From an uncultured Candidatus Rokubacteria bacterium (GTDB taxonomy: Bacteria > Methylomirabilota > Methylomirabilia > Rokubacteriales > CSP1-6): 64,000 nucleotides of DNA. Positions 1 to 8,986 of the stretch are shown piece after piece. The notes under the pieces were generated by a model that saw only the letters and a list, made by a program, of their open reading frames with translations, was not told where the DNA came from and searched no databases. The stretch lies in the NCBI GenBank assembly GCA_963771355.1, contig CAVYTA010000006.1, positions 1,760,001 to 1,824,000 of the forward strand. Reading direction: 5' to 3'. The stretch's first letter is position 1. Each line of letters begins with the position of its first letter. Made by a program: the position numbers and the translations under genes.

Positions 1-298
1 GGTCGACCAGATCGTCGGTCGGGATCGAAGGGGGCGGGCCCGCGGGGACGGAGGATCCGCCGCTCACGGGGGGAAAGAGGCACAGCTCCTCCCCGGACCG
101 GAGCGGGCGCTCGGGTCCGACGTAGTCATTGTCCACCGCGAACAACGTGAAAGGGCGGTACGCCGAGAGCGAGGGGAACCGGCTCGTCACCGCCTCCCAC
201 GCCGTCTCGACCGTACCGCCCTCGGGAAGATCCAGCTCGACGCGGTCACGCCCGGCCGCCTCGCGATACCGGGCGAACAACCGCACCTGCACCTTCAT
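1..298 (-). CDS. moaD: MoaD/ThiS-family sulfur carrier reading through its GG motif (probable MoaD-MoaE fusion), truncated by window edge
   Basis: Manual translation from ATG 298: MKVQVRLFARYREAAG...FAVDNDYV...LFPPVSGG, then no stop (SSVPAGPPPSIPTDDLVD...). Not in ORF track. Confidence 0.85.
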   Translation of the reverse strand, partial: MKVQVRLFARYREAAGRDRVELDLPEGGTVETAWEAVTSRFPSLSAYRPFTLFAVDNDYVGPERPLRSGEELCLFPPVSGGSSVPAGPPPSIPTDDLVD

Positions 299-315
299 GC
301 GCGGCTCCCGCGCGA

Positions 316-642
316 CTAGAACTGGTGAGAGGAGCCGCAGCCGCAGGACGACTTCACGTTGGGGTTGTTGATCGCGAAGCCCGCCCCCATCATGTTGTTG
401 TCCACGTAGTCGATCTCGCTGCCCGCGACATACTGCGCGCTCTTGGCGTCCACGAATACCTTGACGCCCTGCGACTCGACCACGTTGTCGTCTTCCGCCG
501 CCGCATCGTCCCAGCCCAGTTCGTAGGACATCCCCGAGCAGCCGCCGCCGACAATCCGGATGCGCAGCCCCCACTCGGGCTTGCCCTCTTCGAGCCGGAG
601 CTCGGAGATCTTCTTCGCGGCCGTTTCGGTCAATGTGACCAT
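316..642 (-). CDS. A-type Fe-S carrier (IscA/ErpA/HesB family)
   Basis: GGGCSGMSY and NPNVKSSCGCGSS motifs. Confidence 0.95.
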   Translation of the reverse strand: MVTLTETAAKKISELRLEEGKPEWGLRIRIVGGGCSGMSYELGWDDAAAEDDNVVESQGVKVFVDAKSAQYVAGSEIDYVDNNMMGAGFAINNPNVKSSCGCGSSHQF

Positions 643-717
643 GCGATCCTCCTTGGATTTCAGGTTCCGCGGAGCCTTGGCTCCGGCCTCAGTATATCAG
701 ACTCGCGCGGCCGCGGG

Positions 718-1443
718 TCAGAGCACCCCGCGGGCAGGCATCAGGGTCATCTCCTCGAGGGCCGCATTGGCGTCCAGGGTGGCCATGAAGAGGGCGGCGT
801 CGGCGACCTGGGCCGGGGTGATCATGAGCGCTCGGTCGGGGGCGCCCGGGTTGCCGTCCCAGAGCGGCGTGTCGACCGCCCCCGCGGAGAGCACGCCCAC
901 GCGCACTCCCGTGCCACGCAGCTCCTCGGTGAGGACCCGGCCCAGCCCGAGCAGTCCGTACTTGGAGGCGGTATACGCGGCGCTGCCCGGGAGGGTCCGC
1001 CCGGTGACCATGGAGCTGATCAGGATGAGGGTGCCCCGGCCCTGGGCCACCATGGTGGGGAGCACGGCGCGGCAGCAGAGATAGGCGCCCCGCAGGTTCA
1101 CCGCCATCATCTCGTCCCAGTCGGCGGGCCGGCTTTCGCTCACCGGGGCGAACACCGCCACCCCCGCCGCGGCCACGAGCACGTCCACCCGCCCGAGCTC
1201 CGCCCGAGTCCGAGCCACCAGCGCGGCCACCGCGGGCTCCTGGCGGACGTCGGTGGGGACGGCCAGGGCTCGCCCGCCGGCCGCCTCCACCGCCGCCACC
1301 GCGCTGCCGAGCTGCCGCGTCGAGCGGGCGGCCAACGTCACCGCCGCCCCCTCGCGCGCGAAGGTCTCGGCCACCGCCCGGCCGATGCCCCGTCCCGCGC
1401 CGGTGACGAGGGCGACCTGACCGGCCAGGCGCTGGTCACTCAC
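718..1443 (-). CDS. SDR oxidoreductase (candidate sepiapterin/pterin reductase)
   Basis: TGAGRGIG and YTASK motifs; GTG 1443 overlaps folE stop (GTGA); substrate inferred from context only. Confidence 0.85.
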   Translation of the reverse strand: MSDQRLAGQVALVTGAGRGIGRAVAETFAREGAAVTLAARSTRQLGSAVAAVEAAGGRALAVPTDVRQEPAVAALVARTRAELGRVDVLVAAAGVAVFAPVSESRPADWDEMMAVNLRGAYLCCRAVLPTMVAQGRGTLILISSMVTGRTLPGSAAYTASKYGLLGLGRVLTEELRGTGVRVGVLSAGAVDTPLWDGNPGAPDRALMITPAQVADAALFMATLDANAALEEMTLMPARGVL

Positions 1444-2018
1444 AGCATCAGCCCGCCGCGCGACTTGATCAGCTCCATGAACTCGGCCCGCGTCTCCGGC
1501 CGGTCGCGGAAGGCGCCGAGCATGGCCGAGGTCACCGCCTTGGAGTTCTGCTTCTCCACACCCCGCATGAGCATGCAGAGGTGCAGGCCCTCGATCACCA
1601 CCGCCACCCCGCGCGGCTGCAGCACGTCGTTGATGGTGTGCGCGATCTGGGTGGTGAGGCGCTCCTGCACCTGAAGGCGCCGGCTGAACATCTCCACCAG
1701 CCGCGGAATCTTGGACAGCCCCACGATCTTCCGCGACGGCATGTAGGCGATGTGCGCCTTGCCGAAGAATGGGAGCATGTGGTGCTCGCACATCGAGAAG
1801 TAGTCGATGTCCTTCACCACCACCATCTCGTCGTAATCCTCGGTGAAGAGCGCGGAGTTGAGCACCTCCTCCACGTTCTGGTGATAGCCCGAGGTCAGGT
1901 ACTCGTAAGCCTTGGCCACCCGGGCGGGGGTCCTCTCCAGGCCCTCGCGGCTCGGGTCCTCGCCGAGCTCCTTCAGGAAGTCGCGGATCAGGCGCTCCAT
2001 CGCGTTCAGGTCGCTCAC
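1440..2018 (-). CDS. folE: GTP cyclohydrolase I
   Basis: [58 protein letters not shown] before GTG 2018. Confidence 0.97.
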   Translation of the reverse strand: MSDLNAMERLIRDFLKELGEDPSREGLERTPARVAKAYEYLTSGYHQNVEEVLNSALFTEDYDEMVVVKDIDYFSMCEHHMLPFFGKAHIAYMPSRKIVGLSKIPRLVEMFSRRLQVQERLTTQIAHTINDVLQPRGVAVVIEGLHLCMLMRGVEKQNSKAVTSAMLGAFRDRPETRAEFMELIKSRGGLML

Positions 2019-2440
2019 CGGGGGCTCCTTGTGGCCTCGCCGCAGTACTCGAACGAGTTGTTGGCGGTCTCGATCACCGCCACGCGCTCCAGGTGGCCGG
2101 GCGGCAGCGCCTCGGCCAGCCAGTCCCAGAACGTGCGGGCCAGGTTCTCGCCGGTGGTGATCACGCCCTCGAGCTCGGGCACCGCGCCGGAGAGATCGTA
2201 GTGGTCCACGCGCTCGAGGAGCACGCGGCGCACGGCGGCATCGAGGGCGCCGAGATCGGCGGCCATCCCCGTGACGGGATCGAGGGCGCCCGCCAGCGTC
2301 ACCTCCACCACGTAGTTGTGCCCGTGCGGGCGGTAGCACTGGCCATACACCCGCTCGTTCTCGGCCGGAGACAAGGCCGCGCTGGCCAGCTGGTGCCCGG
2401 CGCTGAAGTGATAAGCGCGCGTGAGCCGGTAGCCGCTCAT
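2015..2440 (-). CDS. 6-pyruvoyl-tetrahydropterin synthase/QueD family, copy A (Cys present)
   Basis: HFSAGH...[17 protein letters not shown]...TTGENLA...ETANN. Confidence 0.9.
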   Translation of the reverse strand: MSGYRLTRAYHFSAGHQLASAALSPAENERVYGQCYRPHGHNYVVEVTLAGALDPVTGMAADLGALDAAVRRVLLERVDHYDLSGAVPELEGVITTGENLARTFWDWLAEALPPGHLERVAVIETANNSFEYCGEATRSPR

Positions 2441-2862
2441 GGCCCGAGGTACTCCACGTGGAAGGTGGGGTCCTCCCAGAGCCGCAGGCGGTAGAGACGA
2501 TCCCCTCCGAGCTTGGGGACGAGCAGGTCCCAGAGCGCGCGGACGAGGTTCTCGGTGGTCGGGATGAGACCCCCGGCGAAGAGCGGGTCCGCATTGAGAT
2601 CGGCATGATCGAAGCGCTGGATCACGGTGTCGCCCACCAGCCGCTTGAGCTCGGCCAGGTCCATCACCATGCCGGTGATGGGATCCACCGACCCCACCAG
2701 GGTCACGTCCAGCACGTAGTTGTGCCCGTGGGTGACCGTGAGCGAGCCGAAGGCGCGCGCGTTCTCTTCCGCGCTCCACCGCGGCTGCCAGTAGCGGTGG
2801 GCGGCGGAGAATGTGAACTTCCGCGTCACGTAGACAGGGCCGGGGGTCATGGACGGGGTCAT
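2437..2862 (-). CDS. 6-pyruvoyl-tetrahydropterin synthase/QueD family, copy B (no Cys before HGH)
   Basis: FSAAHRYW...[18 protein letters not shown]...PTTENL; ATGA overlaps at both ends. Confidence 0.9.
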   Translation of the reverse strand: MTPSMTPGPVYVTRKFTFSAAHRYWQPRWSAEENARAFGSLTVTHGHNYVLDVTLVGSVDPITGMVMDLAELKRLVGDTVIQRFDHADLNADPLFAGGLIPTTENLVRALWDLLVPKLGGDRLYRLRLWEDPTFHVEYLGP

Positions 2863-3935
2863 GGGAGCACGCAATATGATCGTACCGTATCGAGGAAGCG
2901 CTGCGCGACCCTCTCCACCGCATAGTCCGCCACCCGATGCCGGGCGGCGGCGCCGAGGGCCCGCGCCCGCTCGGGGCTCCGCAGGAGGCCCGCCAGCGCC
3001 CCCGCCAGGGCCGGGGGGTCCCGCGGCGGGACGAGCACACCCGTTTCTCCCTCCCGCACCACCTCGGGGACGGCGGCGGCGCGGCAGGCCACCACCGGCA
3101 GGCCCGCCGCCATGGCCTCGAGGAAGACGATGCCGAACCCTTCCTGCACCGTGGGGAGACAGAAGCAGTCGGCGTTCACGTACTCCTCCGCCAGCTGCTC
3201 CCAGGTCACGTCGCCCAGGAGGGTCACCGTCCCGTCGAGCGCAAGCTCGGCGTGGAGCCGCGCGAGCGCCTCCCACTCCGGGCCCTTCCCGACCACGCGG
3301 ACGCGCAGCCCGGGGATGGCCGATCGCAATCGTGCCGCGGCCTGCAGGAGATCCGGAAAGCGCTTCCGCGCGTAGGTCCGGCCCACCGCGAGCACGGTCG
3401 GGCCCGCGCGCGGCCGGCGCGGGGCGGCGGCGAGGCGCGCCTGCCACGCCGCGAGATCGATGGACTCGGGCACCACGCCGATGCGGGAGGCCGGCACGCC
3501 GTACACGTCCTGGGCCACCGCGGCGGAGTAGTGGCTCGGCACCAGGACCGCGTCGGCGCGCGCGGTGTTGCGTTGCTCCCAGCGCGCCTGCACGGAGAGG
3601 AGGGCCCGCACGAGGCCGCGCTCGTTGCGGAGCTCGTCCGCGATGATGCCCTTGAGCAGGACCACGAAGGGCTGGCGGCCTCGTCGGCGCGCCCAGAGAA
3701 AGCCGTCGAGATCGTACCCGACGACGAGGTCCGCATCCCGGGGCGGGGCCGCCGCCACCCCCGCGTTGTAGAGCCAGCGGTCGAAGGTGTGGAAGCGGGT
3801 GCGGGTGCGCAGGGGGCGCAGCTCCACCGTGTGCCCCCACGCCTCGAGACCGGCGCGGAAGTTGGCGAGCGAGACGTAGGTGCCGCTCCCCTCGCGCGGA
3901 TTGAGCGGCGTGGAGGTGAGGACCGCGATGCGCAC
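2859..3935 (-). CDS. Glycosyltransferase family 4
   Basis: QEGFGIVFLEAMAAGLPVV (EX7E) motif; start GTG 3935 (VRIAVLTS). Confidence 0.9.
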   Translation of the reverse strand: MRIAVLTSTPLNPREGSGTYVSLANFRAGLEAWGHTVELRPLRTRTRFHTFDRWLYNAGVAAAPPRDADLVVGYDLDGFLWARRRGRQPFVVLLKGIIADELRNERGLVRALLSVQARWEQRNTARADAVLVPSHYSAAVAQDVYGVPASRIGVVPESIDLAAWQARLAAAPRRPRAGPTVLAVGRTYARKRFPDLLQAAARLRSAIPGLRVRVVGKGPEWEALARLHAELALDGTVTLLGDVTWEQLAEEYVNADCFCLPTVQEGFGIVFLEAMAAGLPVVACRAAAVPEVVREGETGVLVPPRDPPALAGALAGLLRSPERARALGAAARHRVADYAVERVAQRFLDTVRSYCVLP

Positions 3936-3964
3936 CGGGGCGGCCCGGGGGCGGGGGCGCCCCG

Positions 3965-4750
3965 CTAGCGGCCCTGGAAGCGGGGGGCGCGCTTCTCGAG
4001 GAACGCGGTGGTGCCTTCCTTGTAGTCCTGGCTGTTGAAGGTCTCGAGCCCGAGCTCGGCGAGGTCGGCGCGATGCTGGTCGGTGATGCCCTCGAAGATC
4101 GCGCGCACCTGGGTCTTGGTGCCGCGGATGGACAGGGGCGCGTTGCTCGCCACCTTGCCGAGGTAGTCGAGCGTGTGCGCCTCGAGCTGGGCGGCGGGCA
4201 CCAGACGCTGGATGAGGCCGATGCGCAGCGCCTCCTCCGCCTCCACCGTGCGCGCGGAGTACAGGATGTCCTTGGCGTAGGCCGGTCCCACGAGGTCCAC
4301 CAGCTGGTGGACGGGATCGAGCCCGTAGATGATGGACAGCCGCGCGGCGGGGATGCCGAACTTCGAGCCCTCGGCGGCGAAGCGGAGGTCGCACGCCATG
4401 GCCAGCGCCATCGCGCCCCCCATGCAGTAGCCGAAGATCATCGCCACCGTGGGCTTGGGGCAGTTGCGGATGGAGCGGTAGGCGATCTCGGTCTGCTGGT
4501 TGTAGTGCAGCGCGGTCTCGGTGTCCTTGCGGTTCTCCTTGAACTCGGAGATGTCGGCGCCGGAGGCGAAGGCGTCTGTCCCCGCGCCCCGAAAGACGAT
4601 CGCCCGCACGGAGTCGTCTTTGGCGAGCACCTGTGTCTCCTGACCGATCGCGGTCCACATCGCCAGGCTGACCGCGTTGCGCATCTTCGGGCGGTTGATG
4701 GTGACGGTGGCGATACCGTCCGCGCGCTCGACCAGGATGTGATCGCTCAT
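3965..4750 (-). CDS. Enoyl-CoA hydratase/crotonase family
   Basis: AFASGADISEF, PKPTVAMIFGYCMGGA, AFLEKRAPRF. Confidence 0.93.
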   Translation of the reverse strand: MSDHILVERADGIATVTINRPKMRNAVSLAMWTAIGQETQVLAKDDSVRAIVFRGAGTDAFASGADISEFKENRKDTETALHYNQQTEIAYRSIRNCPKPTVAMIFGYCMGGAMALAMACDLRFAAEGSKFGIPAARLSIIYGLDPVHQLVDLVGPAYAKDILYSARTVEAEEALRIGLIQRLVPAAQLEAHTLDYLGKVASNAPLSIRGTKTQVRAIFEGITDQHRADLAELGLETFNSQDYKEGTTAFLEKRAPRFQGR

Positions 4751-4853
4751 TCCTCTCCTCCGGTCTGCTTCTCGGCAATGGGCGGCTGGCTACTCTGCCC
4801 TTGGGTCACGCTCCCGGCCAGGAGCGGTCGACGGCGTCGGTGTCGGACCCGAA

Positions 4854-4929
4854 TGGTGGCGGCGGGAGGACTCGAACCTCCGACACGGGGCTTATGAGAC
4901 CCCTGCTCTGCCACCTGAGCTACGCCGCC
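4854..4929 (-). tRNA. tRNA with CAT anticodon (likely elongator Met)
   Basis: GGCGGCG acceptor stem, GCTC/GAGC D arm, GGGGT-CTCATAA-GCCCC anticodon arm, GGAGG-TTCGAGT-CCTCC T arm, encoded CCA; 76 nt. Ile2 not excluded. Confidence 0.93.
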
Positions 4930-4938
4930 AAAATGGCG

Positions 4939-4966
4939 TGGACACGAAAAACCCGTTTGTTATAAT
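4939..4966 (+). promoter_or_regulatory. sigma70-type promoter with extended -10, upstream of the acidic ORF
   Basis: TGGACA-16 nt-TATAAT with TGn before the -10 in a GC-rich background. Confidence 0.65.
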
Positions 4967-5041
4967 CCCGCCGAACGGAGTCCAACAGTAACGACTCTCA
5001 CCTGTCAAGTCAAGCGCGGCAGCCGCCCGGAGGAGCCCTTC

Positions 5042-5308
5042 ATGGCATGTAGCGCTCGGCCATGGACCGACGACGAGCAGACGATCTACCTGCGCCAGAT
5101 CGACGACCCCGACGTCGTCGAAGACGACGATGATGATGATGACGAGGACGACGATCTCGAGGACGACGATGCCCTCGACGACGACGACGAGGAGGACGAC
5201 GACGATCTCGAGGATGACGACGACGATCTCGAGGACGACGACCTCGACGACGACGAGGATGATGACGACGACGACGAGGACGAGGCGGACGACGCTGAGG
5301 ACGAGTAG
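5042..5308 (+). CDS. Extremely acidic low-complexity small protein (88 aa)
   Basis: GGAGGAG RBS, upstream promoter, 60 of 88 residues D/E. Confidence 0.65.
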   Translation: MACSARPWTDDEQTIYLRQIDDPDVVEDDDDDDDEDDDLEDDDALDDDDEEDDDDLEDDDDDLEDDDLDDDEDDDDDDEDEADDAEDE

Positions 5309-5349
5309 CTCACCGGCATCGGCCTAACCCCTTCACCAAGGAGGGCTTC

Positions 5350-6054
5350 ATGGCACTCTTCTCCGAAGCTGGTTGGTTATTCCTCCTACGCTGGATCCAC
5401 TTCCTGTCCGGCATCACCTGGATCGGTCTCCTCTACTATTTCAACTTCGTCCAGACCCCGTTCTTCGCGGAGACCGAGGCGCCGGTGCGGAGCGGCGCCC
5501 AGCAGAAGCTCCTCCCGCGGGCGATGTGGTGGTTCCGCTGGGCCGCGATGATCACCTTCATCTCCGGCTGGCTCTACTTCCTCCACTGGTGGTACGGAAA
5601 GGTCGGCTTCGCGGCGAGCTCGGGGACCTGGGCGATTCTGCTCGGCGCGCTCCTCGGCTCCATCATGTGGGCCAATGTCTGGTTCGTCATTCACCCCAAG
5701 CAGAAGATCGTCATCCAGAACGCGCTCGACACCGCGGCGGGAAAGCCGGCCAATCCCGCCGCCGCTCCCTCGGGCGCCCGCGCCGGTCTCGCCTCCCGCA
5801 CCAACACCATGCTGTCGGTGCCCATGCTCTTCTTCATGGGCGCGGCGAGCCATCTCCAGGGACTGGGCATACCCCGCTCCGGCCTCGTATTCTGGATTGG
5901 CGCCATCGTGATCATGGCCCTGGTGGAGATCAACGCGCTCCAGGCCACCCCCGGCAAGGGCGCGGCCAAGCCGCTCGCCACCGTATCCGGCACCCTCTGG
6001 GCGGGCTTCATCCTCTCGGCGGTCTTCTACATCTGGTTCGAGATCATGCGCTAG
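5350..6054 (+). CDS. PuuD/Urate_ox_N-like integral membrane protein (no fused cytochrome c)
   Basis: LLRWIHFLSGITWIGLLYYFNFVQ, WWFRWAA, MWANVWFVIHPKQK, SRTNTMLSVPMLFFM. Confidence 0.75.
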   Translation: MALFSEAGWLFLLRWIHFLSGITWIGLLYYFNFVQTPFFAETEAPVRSGAQQKLLPRAMWWFRWAAMITFISGWLYFLHWWYGKVGFAASSGTWAILLGALLGSIMWANVWFVIHPKQKIVIQNALDTAAGKPANPAAAPSGARAGLASRTNTMLSVPMLFFMGAASHLQGLGIPRSGLVFWIGAIVIMALVEINALQATPGKGAAKPLATVSGTLWAGFILSAVFYIWFEIMR

Positions 6055-6123
6055 TCGGGCGCTCGCGGCGGCGCGAGTCACCGGCACGCCGGGCGGGGCT
6101 GCGGGCCCCTCCCGGCGTTTCCG

Positions 6124-6546
6124 TCACTGGAGATAGGCGGCGAGGTCGGGCACGCTCGGCGCCAGGTCGGGGCGCGGCGGCATGACCTTGGTAGGACGCT
6201 TGGGCTTGTAGGCGGGCGGGTACTCCCCCCGAACCACCCGTGCCTCGAGCAATGCGGGCGAGGCCCCCTTCACTGCCGGCCCCAAGGGGCCGTCCTTGGT
6301 GGGATCGGGGTTGTGGCAGGCCACGCACTGGCCCAGCCAGACTTGCTTGCCCTTATCCGCTGAGCCCCTGGACGGCGGCACCGCCGCCACCGGTTCGACC
6401 GGCGCCTTCTCGGCGGGCGCCGGCGCCGAGGCGGAGGGGGCCGGTGGGGCGCTCTTCGCTCCGGGCGGCGGCGGCTGGTCGCCGCAAGCGGCGACCACGA
6501 GCATGGCCGCGGCCAGCCCCGCGGCGCGGCGGACGCCCCGCCTCAC
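6124..6546 (-). CDS. Monoheme cytochrome c lipoprotein
   Basis: Lipobox VAAC, Pro/Ala linker, CVACH, distal MPP. Confidence 0.85.
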   Translation of the reverse strand: MRRGVRRAAGLAAAMLVVAACGDQPPPPGAKSAPPAPSASAPAPAEKAPVEPVAAVPPSRGSADKGKQVWLGQCVACHNPDPTKDGPLGPAVKGASPALLEARVVRGEYPPAYKPKRPTKVMPPRPDLAPSVPDLAAYLQ

Positions 6547-7130
6547 TCGGCGAGGTCCGGAAGCAGCGCCGCCCGGGTCTCGTCGGAGAGGCGCGTCCGC
6601 GCCCGGTCCGCGGGGTGATCCAGCACCAGGTGCACCTCGGCCTCGCGAAACGCGCGCGCCGCCTCGGGCGAGAAGCGGAAGCGGACGAAGTGCACCGCGG
6701 CGAGCTTGCCCTTCTCCTCGTCGGAGTGACCGGCCTCGAACTCACCGGGCACCGCGAACTCCCGGCCCACCTGCAGCCACACGCATTGCGCGGTGTCGAT
6801 GCCCATCAGCTCGTCCAGGATGGGCTGGATGCGCGCCATGTCCTCGATCTCGATGAAGAGCGTCGCGGACAGCTCGCGGGGCCCCGGTAAGAGCGCGTTG
6901 TAGACGTCGATCTCCTCCCGCACCTTGGCGTCGTCGGCGATGCGCTCGGCGCGGCACATCTCCTGGATCTGGAACAGCACCGTCTCGCGGTTCTCGAAGA
7001 CGAGCGAGAGGTACCGTCCCACCGAGACGCGCCGCCGGCGCTTGAGCTCGATCACGCTCGCCCGCCGCGCGTCGCGGACCTTCTCGTACTCGAAGAAGTT
7101 GATCACCTCGTCCGGCCGGATCTTGTCCAT
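6543..7130 (-). CDS. DUF3501 family protein
   Basis: FENRETVLFQIQEMCRAERI, YNALLPG..ELSATLFIEI, AVHFVRF; follows rubrerythrin and FeS oxidoreductase. Confidence 0.85.
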   Translation of the reverse strand: MDKIRPDEVINFFEYEKVRDARRASVIELKRRRRVSVGRYLSLVFENRETVLFQIQEMCRAERIADDAKVREEIDVYNALLPGPRELSATLFIEIEDMARIQPILDELMGIDTAQCVWLQVGREFAVPGEFEAGHSDEEKGKLAAVHFVRFRFSPEAARAFREAEVHLVLDHPADRARTRLSDETRAALLPDLAE

Positions 7131-7138
7131 GGCCCCGC

Positions 7139-8422
7139 TCACTCCTCCACCTCGAGGCCGTAGGCCGAGGCGAGGATGCGGATGGGGTGCTCGGCGGTAC
7201 GGCCGGTGCCTTGGTTGATCTGCAACGCGGCCAGCGGGCAGTCGGTAGCCACCCGATCGGGTCGCGCCGCCTCGATGTCCTTGAACAGCGGCTCGGCCAG
7301 CTTCATGGAGAGCTGGAAGTACTCTTTCTTCATGCCCCAGGTCCCGTCCACCGCGGAACAGCGCTCCACCGTCTCCACCTCGGCCCCGGTGAGCCGCAGC
7401 ACGTCGGCGGAGCGCGTGCCCATGTTCTGCGCCTTGAGATGGCAGGGCAGCTGATACGCGATCTTCCTCGGCGGCCGCGGGAAGCGCGTGTCCAGGCGCC
7501 CCTGCGCGTGAAGGCCGGACAGGTACTCGAAGAGGTCGCGGGTGTGGGCGGCCACGAGGTTCGCGTCCTCCGACCCGTCCAGCCACGGATACTCCTGCTT
7601 GAGCATGTAGGAGCAGGTGGGACCCGGCACCACGATCTCGCGCCCTTCCCGCACCGCCTGCGCGAGGCTCTGGGCATTGTCCGCGATGAGGGCCTTGGCC
7701 TCCTTGACCGCGCCCCCGTCGAGGTACGGCATGCCGCAGCAACGCTGCGCGGGCAGGGACACGTCCACGCCGTTCTTCTCCAGCACTGCCACCATCGCCT
7801 TGCCGGTGCCGGGGTCGTTGTATTCCACCGAGCACGTGGCGAAGAGCGCGACCTTCAAATTGGCCGGGGCCGCCAGCGGCGCCGGCACGGTCGGGCGGCG
7901 GCGCTGGTCGAACCACTTCGAGAACGTCTCGCGGTGGAAGCGAGGGAGCTGGCGACCCTTGTGGATGCCGACCACCGACTGCATCACCGCCCGGTTGGGC
8001 GGGAACTCGTTCATCCAGTTCGAGAGCGGGGCGGTCAGGCTGCCCAGCCGCCCCACCAGCTCGGTATTGCCGAGGAAGCGGTCCTGCAGGGTGACGCCCT
8101 GCGCCCGCGCCTCCGCCGAGCGCGCGCGCAGCATGAGGCGGGGGAAATCTACCTGCCACCGGTGCGGCGGAGTGTACGGGCAGTGGTTGTAGCAGAGCTT
8201 GCACTGGTAGCAGAGATCCACCACTTCCTTCACGTCGGCGGCGGAAAGCTTCTCCACGTCCCCGTCCACCGCGTCGACGTCCAGGCGGTCGAACATCACC
8301 TTGAACGACGGGCAGAGCGGCAAGCAGCGCCGGCAGCCGGCGCAGATGTCGTAGACGCGGCGCAGCTCGTGGTCCACCGCGTCCTGCTTCCAGAATTCCG
8401 GCTGCCTGATGTCGAGCGTCAT
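7139..8422 (-). CDS. Rubrerythrin-associated Fe-S oxidoreductase (GlpC/HdrD-like)
   Basis: CAGCRRCLPLC, CYQCKLCYNHC, CCGMP and a second CCG-like domain. Confidence 0.88.
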   Translation of the reverse strand: MTLDIRQPEFWKQDAVDHELRRVYDICAGCRRCLPLCPSFKVMFDRLDVDAVDGDVEKLSAADVKEVVDLCYQCKLCYNHCPYTPPHRWQVDFPRLMLRARSAEARAQGVTLQDRFLGNTELVGRLGSLTAPLSNWMNEFPPNRAVMQSVVGIHKGRQLPRFHRETFSKWFDQRRRPTVPAPLAAPANLKVALFATCSVEYNDPGTGKAMVAVLEKNGVDVSLPAQRCCGMPYLDGGAVKEAKALIADNAQSLAQAVREGREIVVPGPTCSYMLKQEYPWLDGSEDANLVAAHTRDLFEYLSGLHAQGRLDTRFPRPPRKIAYQLPCHLKAQNMGTRSADVLRLTGAEVETVERCSAVDGTWGMKKEYFQLSMKLAEPLFKDIEAARPDRVATDCPLAALQINQGTGRTAEHPIRILASAYGLEVEE

Positions 8423-8453
8423 CCGTTTGGCTCTCAGGTGAAGAAAGGGGCGG

Positions 8454-8489
8454 CGGGCCGGGCGCCCGGGGATCACGGCGCCCGGCCCG
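8454..8489 (-). terminator. GC-rich hairpin just after rubrerythrin (stabiliser or partial terminator)
   Basis: Perfect 13-bp stem CGGGCCGGGCGCC/GGCGCCCGGCCCG, 10-nt loop, weak T tract downstream on - strand. Confidence 0.5.
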
Positions 8490-8495
8490 GCACGA

Positions 8496-8945
8496 TCAGA
8501 TCGCGTCGGCTGGATCTTTCCCGGCCACCTGCGTGAGACCCTTGGCGAAGCGGCCGGCGTGGGACTTCTCCGCCTTGGCCAGCGTCTCGAACCACTCCGC
8601 CAGCTCGGGGTAGCCTTCCTCGCGGGCGGTCTTGGCCATGCCGGGATACATCTGGGTGTACTCGTAGGTCTCGCCCGCCACCGCCGCCTTGAGATTCTTC
8701 TCCGTCTTGCCGATGGGCTCGCCGGTGGCAGGGTCCCCGACTTCCTTGATGAAGTCGAGATGCCCGAACGCATGACCCGTCTCCGCGTCGGCGGTGTCCT
8801 TGAACAGGCCCGCGATGTCCGGGAACCCTTCGATGTCGGCGACGCGGGCGAAGTAGAGGTAGCGCCGATTCGCCTGCGACTCTCCCGCGAAGGCCTCCTT
8901 GAGGTTCTCGTGGCTCTTGCTGCCCTTCAGGCTCTTCCCTGCCAT
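8496..8945 (-). CDS. Short rubrerythrin lacking rubredoxin domain
   Basis: NLKEAFAGESQANRRY, ETGHA, GETYEYTQMYP, EKSHA di-iron motifs. Confidence 0.95.
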   Translation of the reverse strand: MAGKSLKGSKSHENLKEAFAGESQANRRYLYFARVADIEGFPDIAGLFKDTADAETGHAFGHLDFIKEVGDPATGEPIGKTEKNLKAAVAGETYEYTQMYPGMAKTAREEGYPELAEWFETLAKAEKSHAGRFAKGLTQVAGKDPADAI

Positions 8946-8986
8946 GGTGATTCTCCTCTCGCCCCCACGGTCGCCCGGAGGGCCGG

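Noticed and set aside
1440..2862. Queuosine or 7-deazaguanine DNA-modification cluster
   Set aside because: folE and PTPS/QueD-like genes are present but no queC, queE, queF, tgt or dpdA; coupled neighbours are an SDR and a GT4
4854..4929. tRNA-anchored genomic island
   Set aside because: No integrase, no duplicated tRNA 3' end noticed, flanking genes look native
5086..5327. Poly-Ser (- strand) and poly-Thr (+ strand) ORFs
   Set aside because: Alternative readings of the GAC-rich acidic ORF, which has the RBS and promoter
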